Shown piece after piece: positions 1-11,393 of a DNA stretch of 64,000 nt. The DNA lies in assembly GCA_030390025.1 (NCBI GenBank), contig CM059432.1:58654001-58718000 (forward strand), in the 5' to 3' direction. Made by a program: the position numbers and the translations under genes. The notes beneath the pieces were generated by a model. It was given only the letters and a program-made list of their open reading frames with translations. It was not told the DNA's origin and made no database searches. The first letter of the stretch is position 1; each line of letters begins with the position of its first letter. The stretch is from Squalus acanthias (Eukaryota).

Positions 1-279
1 TTCTGCAAGCTGTCGCTCAGCAGAATCAAGCAGGGAAATCATTTTCTTGCTGTACTTCTGATGTGGAGCCTTTAGCATGGGGTTCACATTGGGCATTCAC
101 ATTGGGCATTGCCATATGTGTCCTTATAATAATACAGGCACACTGGATAAGACTGCACCAAAGGAGAAAAACAACTAGGAGTTACTCTTCACCAGAGTTA
201 CAGACCATGCTGCTCCCGTCATGATGTTTCAGAGCTGGGAACAATATTCTCGTGGGGAGGTTTGCTCGTGCTGTTGGAG

Positions 280-3153
280 TTTAGAATGCATGTACGTAAA
301 TGCACAAAGTGTGGTGAATAAGGTTGGTGAGCTACAAGCACAATTAGCCGTGTGGCAATATGATGTTATGGCAAAACAGAAACGTGGCTTAAAAATGGTG
401 AGGACTGGGCACTTAATATTCAAGGGTACAAGGTGTTCAGAAAAGATAGGGAAGGAAAAAAGGGAGGTGGGGTGGCAGTGCTGATTAAGGAAGACATTGT
501 AGTTTTGGAAAGGGAGGATGTTCTTGAGGGGACAAGGACAGAATCCATTTGGTTAGAGTTGAGGAGCAAAAAGGGTATGATCACGCTATTGGGGGTATTC
601 TATAGGCCTCCAAATAGTGAGAGGGAGGTAGAGGAGCAAATATGCAGGGAAATCACAAAGATATGCAAGAGCTATAGAGTGGTGATATTGGGGGACTTTA
701 ATTACCCAAATATCGATTGGGATAATGCTAGGGTAAAGGGAAAGGAGGGGGAGGAATCTCTGAAATGTGTTCAGGAGAATTTCCTTGACCAATATGTTCT
801 TGGCCCAACTAGGAAGGAGGCATTGCTGGATCTGGTGCTGGGGAATGAGGTGGGTTAGGTCGACCAAGTGTCTGTGGGAAAACACTTGGGTATGAGTGAT
901 CATCGTATCATAAGATTTAGATTAGCAATGAAGAGGAGCAAGGAACAATCTAGAGTGGAACTTCTAAACTGGAATAGGGCTAACTTCAATGGGGTGCGAA
1001 AGGATCTAGCCAGGGTAAAATGGAACCAAAGACTGACAGGAAAAACTGTAACGGAACAATGGGTGATCTTTAAGGAGGAGATGTTCCAAGTACAGGCTAG
1101 GTACATTCCAACAAGAGAGAAGGGTAAGGGAACCAATGCAAGGGCTCCTTGGATGACGAGGGAGAGAGAGAAGATGATGAAACAAAAAAAGAGAGTGTAT
1201 GATGCATGTCAGGTGAATTCTTCAAGGAAGAACCAGACCAAATACAATAAGTTGAGAGGGGATGTGAAGATGAAAATACGATTGGCAAAGAGAGAATATG
1301 AGAGTAGAATGGCGGTTAACATAAAAGGGAACCCAAAAATCTTCTACCGGCATGTAAACAGTAAGCGAGTAGTAAGAGGCGGGGTGGGGCCTATTAGAGA
1401 CAAAGAAGGTGATATATGCTTTGAGGCGCAGGGTAAGGCTAGAATACTCAATGAGCACTCTGTATCGGTGTTTACTAAGGAGGTGGATGCTGACAAAATA
1501 TCGGTAGAAGTGGAAAAGGTAGAAGCAATGGAAGGGGTAAAAATTGATAGACAGGATGTACTAGAAAGGTTGGGTATGCTTAGAGTGGACAAGTTGCCTG
1601 GTCCAGATGGTTTGCATCCCAGGTTGCTAAGGGAATTGGGGGAGGAGAAAGCAGAAGGGCTTGCCATAATTTTCCAATCTTCCCCAGATGCGGGGGAGGT
1701 GCCTGAGGATTGGAAAGTGGCAAATGTGACACCATTGTTCAAGAAAGGGTGTAAGGACAATCCTAGTAACTACAGGCCGGTCAGTTTAACATCAGTGGTG
1801 GGTAAAGTTTTAGAAACAATGATCAATGAAAAAATTAACGGGCACTTGGAGAGGTTTAAGCTAATTGAAGAGAGCCAACACGGGTTTGTAAAAGGAAAAT
1901 CGTGTTTGACTAATCTAATTGAATTTTTTGATGAAGTAACAGACAGGATTGATGAAGGGAATGCAATGGATGTTGTCTACATGGATTTTCGGAAGGCGTT
2001 TGACAAAGTACCACATAGAAGGCTGGTTAACAAAATTGAGGCTCATGGAATAGGTGGGTCAGTGGCAGCTTGGATAAAGAATTGGCTTAAGGACAGAAAA
2101 CAGCACGTTGTGGTAAATGGCTGTTTTTCAGACTGGAGGATGGTAGACAGTGGTGGTCCCCAAGGGTCAGTGCTGGGGCCGCTGCTTTTTTTGATATCTA
2201 TAAATGACCTGGATATTGGAATACAGAGTAGAATTTCTAAATTTGCCGATGACACCAAACTTGGGGGTGTGGCAAACAGTGATGATAATATCAATCGACT
2301 GCAACAGGACATAGAAAGGCTAGCAGAATGGGCAGACAAGTGGCAGATGGAATTTAATACAGAAAAGTGTGAGGTGATGCATTTTGGCAGAAGGAATAGA
2401 GAGAGGCAACATACACTTAATGGCACAGTTTTAAAGAGTGTGCAGGGACAGAGGGATCTGGGAGTTAATGTGCATAGGTCCCTGAAGGTGGCAGGACATA
2501 TTGAGAGAGTGGTTAACAAAGCATATGGGATCTTGGGCTTCATAAATAGAGGTACTGAGTACAAAAGTAGAGAAGTTATGCTGAACCTTTATAAAGCACT
2601 GGTTAGGCCACAACTGGAGTATTGCGTCCAGTTCTGGTCACCACACTTTAGGAAGGATGTGAAGGCCCTTGAGAGGGTGCAGAGGAGATTTACCAGAATG
2701 GTTCTGGGTTTGGGGGATCTTAGCCACAAGGACAGGTTGGAGAAGCTGGATTTGTTTTCATTAGAGCAAAGGAGGTTGAGGGGTGATTTGGTAGAGGTGT
2801 ACAAGATTATGACGGTTTGGGTAGGCTCGACGGGGAAAGGCTGTTCCCACTAGTTGATGGTACAAGGACCAGGGGAGACAGATTTAAGGTTTTGGGCAAG
2901 AGATACAGGGGGACGTGAGGAAAAACTTTTTTACGCAGCAAGTGGTGATGACCTGGAATTTGCTGCCGATGGAAGTGGTGTAAGCGGAGACACTCAATGT
3001 TTTCAAGGGGAGACTGGATAGGCACTTGAGGGAAATAAACTTGCAGGGCTACGGGGATAGAGCGGGGGAATGGGACTGAGGGGATTGCTCTATAGAGAGC
3101 TGGCACGGACTCGATGGGCCGAATGACCTCCTTCTGTGCCGTTATGACTCTAT
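280..3153 (+). mobile_element. CR1 LINE, 5'-truncated (ORF2 plus 3' UTR and ATGACTCT tail)
   Basis: APE endonuclease motifs (YVNAQSV, GVFYRPP, GDFNYP, LLDLVL, SDH), RT motifs (QGSVLGP, KFADD), CR1 C-terminus (RPQLEYCVQFWSP); tail gttatgactctat at 3141-3153 resumes at 6387-6397 and 7118-7127. Confidence 0.95.
433..2853 (+). pseudogene. CR1 ORF2 endonuclease-reverse transcriptase, disrupted
   Basis: ORFs 433-858 and 868-2853 are in one frame, split by TAG at 856-858; frameshifts near both ends. Confidence 0.92.
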
Positions 3154-3430
3154 GGGCTCGATTTTGCCATTGGGGGCGGGCTGGGCGTGTCAGGTGGTTT
3201 TCGTGTCAGGACCCTGACTCCGATGTGAAGTGGAAAAAGTGCGATTTTGCCCTAATTGGGCACTTGATATCCACTGTGTGGACACCCCTGGCCCAATGAG
3301 TCTTTTCATACAGAAAGTCGCCTCCGATTATGTCATCAATGCTGCTGTATTTAAGGCCTGGAAGCAGCCTTGCTTCTTCTGGAGACTGGAAACATTATGA
3401 CCATTGTTGTTAGCCCTTGATTTATCCACT

Positions 3431-5371
3431 ATGTCCAGCAGTAGGCCAAAGTGTGCTCCACGCTTCGATGAGGCCTCCCTCCAAGTTCTGGTGGAGGGAG
3501 CAAGATCCAATAAGGAGGTGCTCTTCCCTTCCTCAGGGAGAAAAATCCACCCCAGCAGACTAAAGTTGTGAGACTGCAACTGGCCCAGGAGGTCAACTCC
3601 ATCTCTATGAGTCGCAGAACCTGGCTGCAGTGCAGGAAGAGGTTTCATGACCTTCTCCGCACAGGAAAAGTGAGTATGACTTTCCCATCACCCTCAATCT
3701 GATTCCTATCGCCTCTCCTCATCAGCACTCTGCTGTGCCAACCTCTTCCTCCACATCCCACTTGACACTTACATCCCTGCACTCTTACCCATTCCCTCTC
3801 TCTCTATGGTCACATTCACTTAACTATTCGACCAAGCAGCCCTCACACTCCCTATCACTGTGATGAAACGACAACAACTTACAACACACAGGGAAGGCCC
3901 TTTGTCTCCTTCTAAGCATCTATGCTATGGGTTCTCTACACTCACTCCTTCATTCTCACTCAAACTCCACTTGTGTCCCTCATTGCAGGAAAAGAGAGCC
4001 CACAATAAGAGGGAAAGAGCGAGGACAGGAGGAGGGCCACCCTCATTAGCCCAGCTCACCACCTGGGAGGAGGCGGCCCTGGAAATCGCCGGAGTGGAGG
4101 ACGATTCCCAAGTGGGGGATGGACAGACAGGCGCATCACAGCAAGCTGGTGACAGAATAGTTTAGCATCTCTCTCATTGACATAGCATGAGTCACTGATA
4201 ATGATTCTGATGCTCTAACAGATTGACTTATGATCATCTGCACTATTCAATGTGCATGTAACCTTGATCTCACATCTCTAACTCTTTCCTTTACTCCCCC
4301 ACAGGACCATCGACAGCCCCCATCCCCACTGTTCAGGAGGAACAGCCTGAGCCTCAAGATTCCACAGAGGAAGCTGCAACCTCTGAGGGCACAGCGTCAG
4401 CAGAATTCAGCGCACCCAGCACCAGCGCAGACACTCACACCTCAGTGGGACCTTCGCAAGATAGAGTAGTGTTGTCACCTGGTGTATCACAGCTCACAAG
4501 TGAGCATCAGCAGATGGTGGAGAGAGGGACAGCAGTGGAGAGTCCTCGTTGAAGGGCGCAGGACTCTGCCAGCTCGGCTCAGCTGCATGTTGACCCTGTG
4601 CCTCCGGGTCTATCCAGAAGGAGAGCGGTGCTGGAACTCCAGGAACAGGTGCAGGAGTCTCTGACAGGTTTTGTATCCAGGGTCACTGTGAGTGTGGAGC
4701 GAATGGAGGAGTCCATCGCGAATATTAGCAGAGACTTTGTGGAGGCATTGGCGCATGAACGCATCACCACGGAAAGGATGGCAACCTCTGTGGAAAGGAT
4801 GGCTACGGTAGAGGAGAGGATGGCTACGGCCATGGAGGAGCTAAGTCACCAGAGTGTTGAAAACATGGTCGTTGTTCAGAATAGATTGGCATCTCTTGAG
4901 GAGCGATGGTCAGCTATTGAGCATAGAAACCAGACCTTCATGGAAGTTCTCTGGAGTAGGGCTTCCAGTGCAGAAACAGGTCCTCATGGCCCCCCTGAAG
5001 TGCAGCAAGGTGCTGTCAAGCCACTTGCTAGCTCTGAAGTGGGGCTGACCCATGAGAGGAATGTTGGTGGCAGACAACAAGGAAGTGGGGGCTCCTCTCC
5101 AAGCGCTCACACGACCATGCCATTGCAAAGCCCTCAGTCAGAGCCCCACCAGAGTCCTCACCCAACTGAGATGGGCGTCTCATCCCCTGCACAGCTGCAG
5201 GAGCAACAGACTGTTGCCGAGCCCACACAGGTTCGCAACCCCAGAGGACAGCCGCCAAAGGTATCGAGGCAGGAGCAGCAAGAAAGTGAGCAAGGGGCCT
5301 CCACATCTGCTGAAGCCACAGGGGAAGCACCACGTAGGAGCACGTGTAAGAGGAAGACAATGCACAAGTAG
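3431..5371 (+). pseudogene. Harbinger Myb/SANT-like (trihelix) DNA-binding protein, 3 exons (3431-3669, 3989-4148, 4305-5371), disrupted
   Basis: APRF..ASLQVLVEG...EVLF...LAQEVNS..RTWLQCRKRFHDL then GTGAGT donor; exon 2 EKRAHNKRERARTGGG; frameshift in exon 1 and in-frame TGA near 4550. Confidence 0.85.
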
Positions 5372-5629
5372 TCACAAGGGTAGTCACTTGCGTGTTATGT
5401 TGTGTTTATTTTTGAAATGCCATTAATTGCTTGTTGTGATAAAAATTTCGGATGGCAAACTGTTGAAGTTGTGGCCTGTGTCATTTCGCAAATGGAACTT
5501 CCACATTGAGGGCTTAGAGCGACTTGCAATTGTCAGTATGGTGGTCAGAGTGATAGGAATCTGCAGGTTCTTGTCCATTGTCGATGCTCTGGTAAGAAGG
5601 TGCGAGGCAAAAGTGTTTGATTGTGCAGG

Positions 5630-5870
5630 CTAAGCAAATCTGGCCAACATGAGTGCGTCCCTTGCATCCCAGGCAACAATGTGGTCGCGCGCTGGTGCCT
5701 TCTGGCCTGTGCAGCTTCAGGTGGGTGAGCAGCAGCTTGGCGCTTCTGTTGTTGCTGCTGCTGTTGGTGCTGCTGTTGTTCATGGTTCTGCTGCTGACAC
5801 GGCTGGTCTTCGTCCGAATCTGATGTCTAGGAGGAAAGGAAATAAATGTTCGCCATGCTTCTGGTATATG
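5630..5870 (-). pseudogene. C-terminal remnant of Harbinger transposase
   Basis: Minus strand reads SDSDED..Q-rich..ARDALMLARFA*, comparable to the acidic tail and ARAVRQRLIASRF* of the intact transposase at 13892; convergent with the Myb gene. Confidence 0.65.
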
Positions 5871-6397
5871 CCTCAGTTGAGGAAGCGCTCAGTCAAGGTG
5901 GGGAGAGGGGTTTCCCAGGAGGTCACACTGGAGATAGGTGTCAGGCTCCAAACTTCCACAACAATGAGTATGCCTGCTAAAAGTTCCCCCAGACCTGAGA
6001 CAACAAAGTTCTGCCACCTGCAAGTGATCATTGGTGAAAACTGCTTTTTAATGGCGGAGCTGCAGCTGTTAGTAAGCAATCCACTTGTGCTGCCGCCAGG
6101 ATTAACTGGCGTGTTCCAGAGGAGGCTTGTAGAATGGGGGAAATGTGTTAAAATAAGAAAGGCCTCTCAAAATGGGATTATAGAGGCAATTAAGTGGTTG
6201 TTAAGGGCCTTAAGGGCCTATCCCGCCTCTTGGAGGTGGGATGGAAACGGGGTCTGAAACCACAAATGTGGGAAAATTGCTCGGAGGTCGGATGGAGGCG
6301 AGATCAGAACCGCCCGCCATTTTTTGCGATTTTACCACCTCACACGCCTCCAATCCCGCATCCTCAAGCCTGGCAAAATCGAGCCCTATGACTCTAT

Positions 6398-7117
6398 GGG
6401 CTGGATTTTGATACTGGGCCGGGTTGAGGGCATGTCATCCACTTTTCATGTTATCCACCCAACTGCAATTGGATGTGGGAGATTGATGCAATTTTCACTT
6501 AATTGGGCAATTGAGTTCCAGCATGTGGGAACCCATGAACCAATTAGTGTTTTTAGTCTGAAAGTCGCCTCTGATGATGTCATCATTGGTGCTGCATTGA
6601 AGGTCTTCAAACACTACCTGGCCTTTGCTGTGAGAGGACCTGGATGCAAAATGAGCAGCAGCAGCCCGAAGTCTGCTCCCAGATCTTTTTACACCACCAC
6701 TCCCAGATATGTCTCCTCTCCATCCATCCATATATACATCCATCCACATAGCCGTCCATATATGCATCCACATAACCATCCATATATGCATCCCCATAGC
6801 CAGCCAGCCAGCCGGCCGTGCTCCCACCAGGTTTCACATTTGTGGTTCAGAACAGGCGTGCTTCACGTAGAAAAAGGGTTAAAAGCACAAAGGCCTTTCA
6901 AAATGGCATTATAGAAGCAATTTAGTGCTTGTTAAGGGCCTTAACAGCCTATCCCGCCTCTTAGAGGCGGGACGGAGTCGGGACCAGCAGACACGATTTA
7001 ATGAAAATTGCGTGGAGGCGGGATGGAGGTGGACTTGTGCCCGCCCACCAGTTTTTGCAATTTTAACCCCCCACACGCCTCCAAACCCGCCTCCACGGGT
7101 CAATGAAAATCCTGCCC
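6398..7117 (+). mobile_element. Harbinger MITE (same family as 22550-23292)
   Basis: Ends GGGCTGGATTTT / AAAATCCTGCCC, TSD TAT; shares long internal blocks with 22550-23292; degenerate ~24-bp repeats at 6720-6810. Confidence 0.88.
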
Positions 7118-7207
7118 TATGACTCTAAAAGGTTTACTTGAGCAGTCAATGGTTCAGTCAGGAGGCATCGAAGGAATGTTGCAAACTGACCTGCAAACAT
7201 TCTTTCA

Positions 7208-7743
7208 AACAACAACAACTTGCATTTATATAGTGCCTTTAATGTAGTAAAACATGCCAAGGCACTTCAAAGGAGCAATATTAAACAAAATTTGACACCG
7301 AGGCATAAGGAAATATTAGGACAGCAGACCAAAAGCTTGTTCAAAGAGGTAGGTTTTAAGGAGCGTCTTAAAGGAGGAGAGAGGTAGAGAGGTTTAGGGA
7401 GGGAATTCCAGAGTTTAGGATCTGAGCAGCTGAAAACATGGCCACCAATGGTAGAGCAATTAAAATCAGGGATGTTCAGGAGGACAAAATTGGAGGAGTG
7501 CAGAGATCTCCAAGGGTTGTAGGGCTGGAGGAGGTTACAGAGGTAGGGAGGGGCAAGGCCATGGAGGGATTTGAAAACAAGGATGAGAATTTTAAAATTA
7601 AGGCGTTGCTGGATCGGGTGCCAATGTAGGTCAGTGAGCTCAGGGGTGATGGGTGAATGAGGCTTGTTGCGAGTTAGGATATGGGCAGCAGAGTTTTGGA
7701 CGAATTCACGTTTATGGAGGGTGGAAGATGGGATGCTGGCCAC
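7208..7743 (-). mobile_element. L2 LINE 3' fragment
   Basis: VQNSAAHILT...ITPELTDLHWHPIQQRLNFKILILVFKSLHGLAPPYL; tail ..CTATATAAATGCAAGTTGTTGTTG on minus strand. Confidence 0.9.
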
Positions 7744-8393
7744 AAAAAAACAAAGAAAAATATTACTTTAGCAGATTGGATTTCATATCAAAAATTAGTT
7801 TTACTGTGCACTTATTTACAGTTTTGTTCTTATTTCCACAGTGTCCTTCCTGGTGCTTTACTTTGCTGTTCTTAAATCCATCCTGGTGCTATGCAGAGGT
7901 GATACCTGATGGCCTGAGATGCCAATGGTTCTTGGCTGCACTGTGGTATCACAAGCCTCTTGAGACTAAGGAGGCACCCATCTCATGGCCTCTGAATCCC
8001 AGGAGGCCTCCAGCAAGCTGGGTCTCCACAGCAGGTGGGCAGCCTGGTCCTGTATCCTGATACCTATATGAACCGGCATCTGAGGGCGCTGACTAGAAAG
8101 GTCATATGAGCTGTGAATGGGGAGAAGATGGCATCATGAAGGCTGATTCTTGCCATACCATTTAAGCTGGGTCCTGGATATGAGTGCCCACAGAGTTCTT
8201 GGAAGCTGATTTCCATTTTACAAGATTGAATAGTGGGGATATGAGGACACATGAATATATTGGATTTTGCTTACTTTTGGAGATCAGGAAGGATTTGTGC
8301 AGAACTTTCCCTCAGGAGAGTCAATTGGTGGGGAGAGTCCATGGTCGAGGAGACTGATCAGGCTAGATAACTCAAATAAATTTTTTTTTGGCC

Positions 8394-8550
8394 CATCATA
8401 GAATCATAGAATAGTACAGTACAGAAGGAGGCCATTCGGCCCATCGAGTCTGCGCTGCTCTTTTGAAGGGCAAACCAGTTAGTCCCACTCCTCCGCTCTT
8501 TCCCCATATCCCTGCAATTTTTTCTCCTTCAAGATAGAATCATAGAATAG
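8394..8550 (-). mobile_element. CR1 3' end fragment
   Basis: catagaatcatagaat tail followed by gaaggaggccattcggccc 3' UTR (reverse orientation). Confidence 0.75.
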
Positions 8551-10514
8551 TTAAGCAAATGCTTCTTACATTTTTATGTTCAAAGAAATAAATGTTGACA
8601 GTGAACTGAAACTTAGATTAATTTGAATGTGAGTCAAGTGGAATCTGGATCTATATTTGGATCAAAGTTTTGGTCAAATTTTACAACTAATCCTAAACTG
8701 GAATTTGTTTCCTGTTTTTTGGTGGATTTTAATTATTGCTTACAAGGTTTTTTGTGTGCGTGGATTTTGCTTAAGTAATTATATTTTGCTTTTATTTATA
8801 CACATATTGGTGAATAGAAAATGTACTTCATTGATAATATGAAACTTTATAAATATTACATAGTGTTTTCTAGCAGTTAGCATCTCAAGCGGTCATGATG
8901 TAGAATTGCCGATATAGTTATAGTGTGAATCTGATCTACTACAGTTTCATCAGAACTTAGCTGGGGTGCTCGTTGAAATGCTTTGTTGTAGCAGGATAAT
9001 GAGGAGAATTACTGGTGACATTTTAAATGTTTATTTTAATATTTTTAAAATGCTTTAAGCAAAGCATAGAAAATGAAAATTCTTTAAGATTTCATTGAGT
9101 AGTAGCAATGCACTTCATGAATAATGTCCTGTCAAACTGAACACACCTGAAATTTGACAGCTTCACCATTGTCTGATTCTTCAATGTCCAGCCTGTCTTA
9201 TCCTGGGAGGAAAATATGTGTGTGTGCCTATTCATGCTTAAATCGTAAGCATTCTTAAACAATGAGTCCCCTAATTTAATTCTGTTCATACATAGTTTGA
9301 AATCCTGAGTCTTTTGTGTTCTGAGACAATTTGCAGCACCAGTGACAGCTCCAGCAAGCTAAATAGGATGTAAGGGTCTACCTCAAGATGCATTGGACCG
9401 CCTTCGCACAGCGAATACCAGAAAATCGTGCTCCATGATATTGCTCATGTTGGAGATGCCAGTACATATCTGAGTGTTAGACTCCCCCATATTCCCCAGA
9501 GTGTGTTGTACTATTGAGCGTAAGGAGGCAGATGCCTCCACAATAAAGTGCTGCTGTTGTAATAACCTCCATTTGAAAGCAGGACCACTGAAGTCTGCAT
9601 CCTCATACAACTCAGTAGGACTACTTATAAGACAGGCTTAGTTCTTGTTTAGAGATTTAGTAGTATATTATAATGATGTTACAATAATACAAGTATTAAG
9701 GCTCAAATAGTGCATTCCTTTTAATGTTTTTCTTAAACAATGTTATCTGCAGTGCAGAACTGGGTGTACATTCCAAAATAATCCTCCTCGCCCCCAAAAG
9801 GGATATGCTGCTTTAAATAATGACACATGTCATATTTTATTGTAAATGATATGATCATGTATATTGTTATACCCTTTTATGCTATTATATTATGCAAAAA
9901 ATTTTAATTAAAAATGCACTTACTGCTTTTAACAGAGGCAAAGAGAAGGAAAAGACCTTCTCTGACCAGTTTCTGATCTTGAGGGGAAACATCAAGCCAA
10001 GGCTATGCTGTGTCCCAGCAAAGGGGATGAGAGGAGATCTGTCAAGTCAGACAGGTGAAGAAGAAGGGAAGCAATGAAGGGAAAAAGAGGAAGGTGTTCA
10101 AAATGAAGTTTGAAACAGAAATGGGAATAGAGTGATACAAGGTTGCAGTAAAATAAGTATAAATCTGTAGGAGTGATTCCATGGTCTGCTCTCCCAACGG
10201 GGAGTGGAACTCGCAGGAAGCATACCTGGGAAAATTGCCGGCATGCATCCATGATTTTGCACCCATTTTAACGGGTGGAAAATTGGTGGCTGCATGCCAA
10301 ACAGGTCCCAGTATCACCGCTTTATATTACAGTTGAACCTTGATTATATCTCTGCTTCTATTATCTTTGTTCTCAATTGGGAAACCAGTGGGAATTGGGG
10401 CTGCCAGCATTTTGTTTTGTTTGAAAGCACAGTTCTTCTGCTTCTAGTAACAGCTGCTGCTGTGACTGCGGATTAATCAGCTAATCTGGTGGACCAGTTT
10501 CCACATATTCCTTC

Positions 10515-10662
10515 CCCCACAGCACAGTGGGAGAACCTTCACCACACGGACTGCAACAGTTCAAGAAGGCAGCTCACCACCACCTTCTCAAGGGCAATTA
10601 GAGATGGACAATAAATGCTGGGCTTGCCAGTGATGCCCACATCCCATGAACAAATAATAAAA
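10515..10662 (+). mobile_element. 3' end of CR1-clade LINE family B
   Basis: Matches 44140-44280 (ccttcaccacacggactgc...ataaatgctgg...gatgcccacatc). Confidence 0.8.
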
Positions 10663-11393
10663 ACTCCTGTGCTGGATTATCCATTTGGATGGATTATCAA
10701 GGTTCTGTTACAATTTTGAATTGGAAATTGCTTTTAAATTAACTTTACAGTGTTCAGCAAGATGAAACACTAAGGAATGGGACACTTTTCCACTTTAGAC
10801 ATGTATTAGTAGATTTTGCAATCAGGACTCAACTTGGTCATTAGTCACACAGTACATTATTAGGACCTGCCTGACATTAGTGTGCTGATCTCACCTTATC
10901 TTGCAGAATCAACTTCATTGCCAGATGTGGGGAAGCTCCTGGTGTAAGATACCCTAGTTGTGTATACATATAAACGTAGGATTAGGATTTGGTTTAATCT
11001 CATATGATTAAAATCTTTCGTTTCTTTATACTTATAGGGGTAGAAATTAGGTCGCGCCCCATTTGGGGCGCAAATATCGTCCGGACGCAAATATTAGCGC
11101 CTGGCGCTAATTATCGGCACTGACAGGAAACTTCACTTTTACCGCCCCGGGAGGTGAGTGGAGCGCTAAATTAGGCGCTGCACACCTCTCTTAAGGCGCA
11201 AAGGCCAAGGAGTGAGGCGCTAACTCAGCGCACGAGCGCAGCGCAGCTGCTGCCAGTTAGCGAGGGAACACAGACACACTGGCGCCGGCCACTTCTTAAA
11301 GCGGGGGGGGCCACTTGCTCCCCAGCCACACCCTGCTCATTGCAGCCTTGAATCTCAGCCTGGAGAGACCTGTAATCCATTTTGCTGCCAAGC

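Larger units (their letters stand above)
3154..6386 (+). mobile_element. PIF/Harbinger DNA transposon, non-autonomous (Myb gene kept, transposase core deleted)
   Basis: Perfect 16-bp TIR GGGCTCGATTTTGCCA / TGGCAAAATCGAGCCC; 3-bp TSD TAT (3151-3153, 6387-6389). Confidence 0.93.

Noticed and set aside
9092..9650. Minus-strand ORFs, one starting LYEDADFSG (crystallin-like motif)
   Set aside because: Similarity does not extend, frames are broken, no convincing splice pattern; could be an old pseudogene but unsupported
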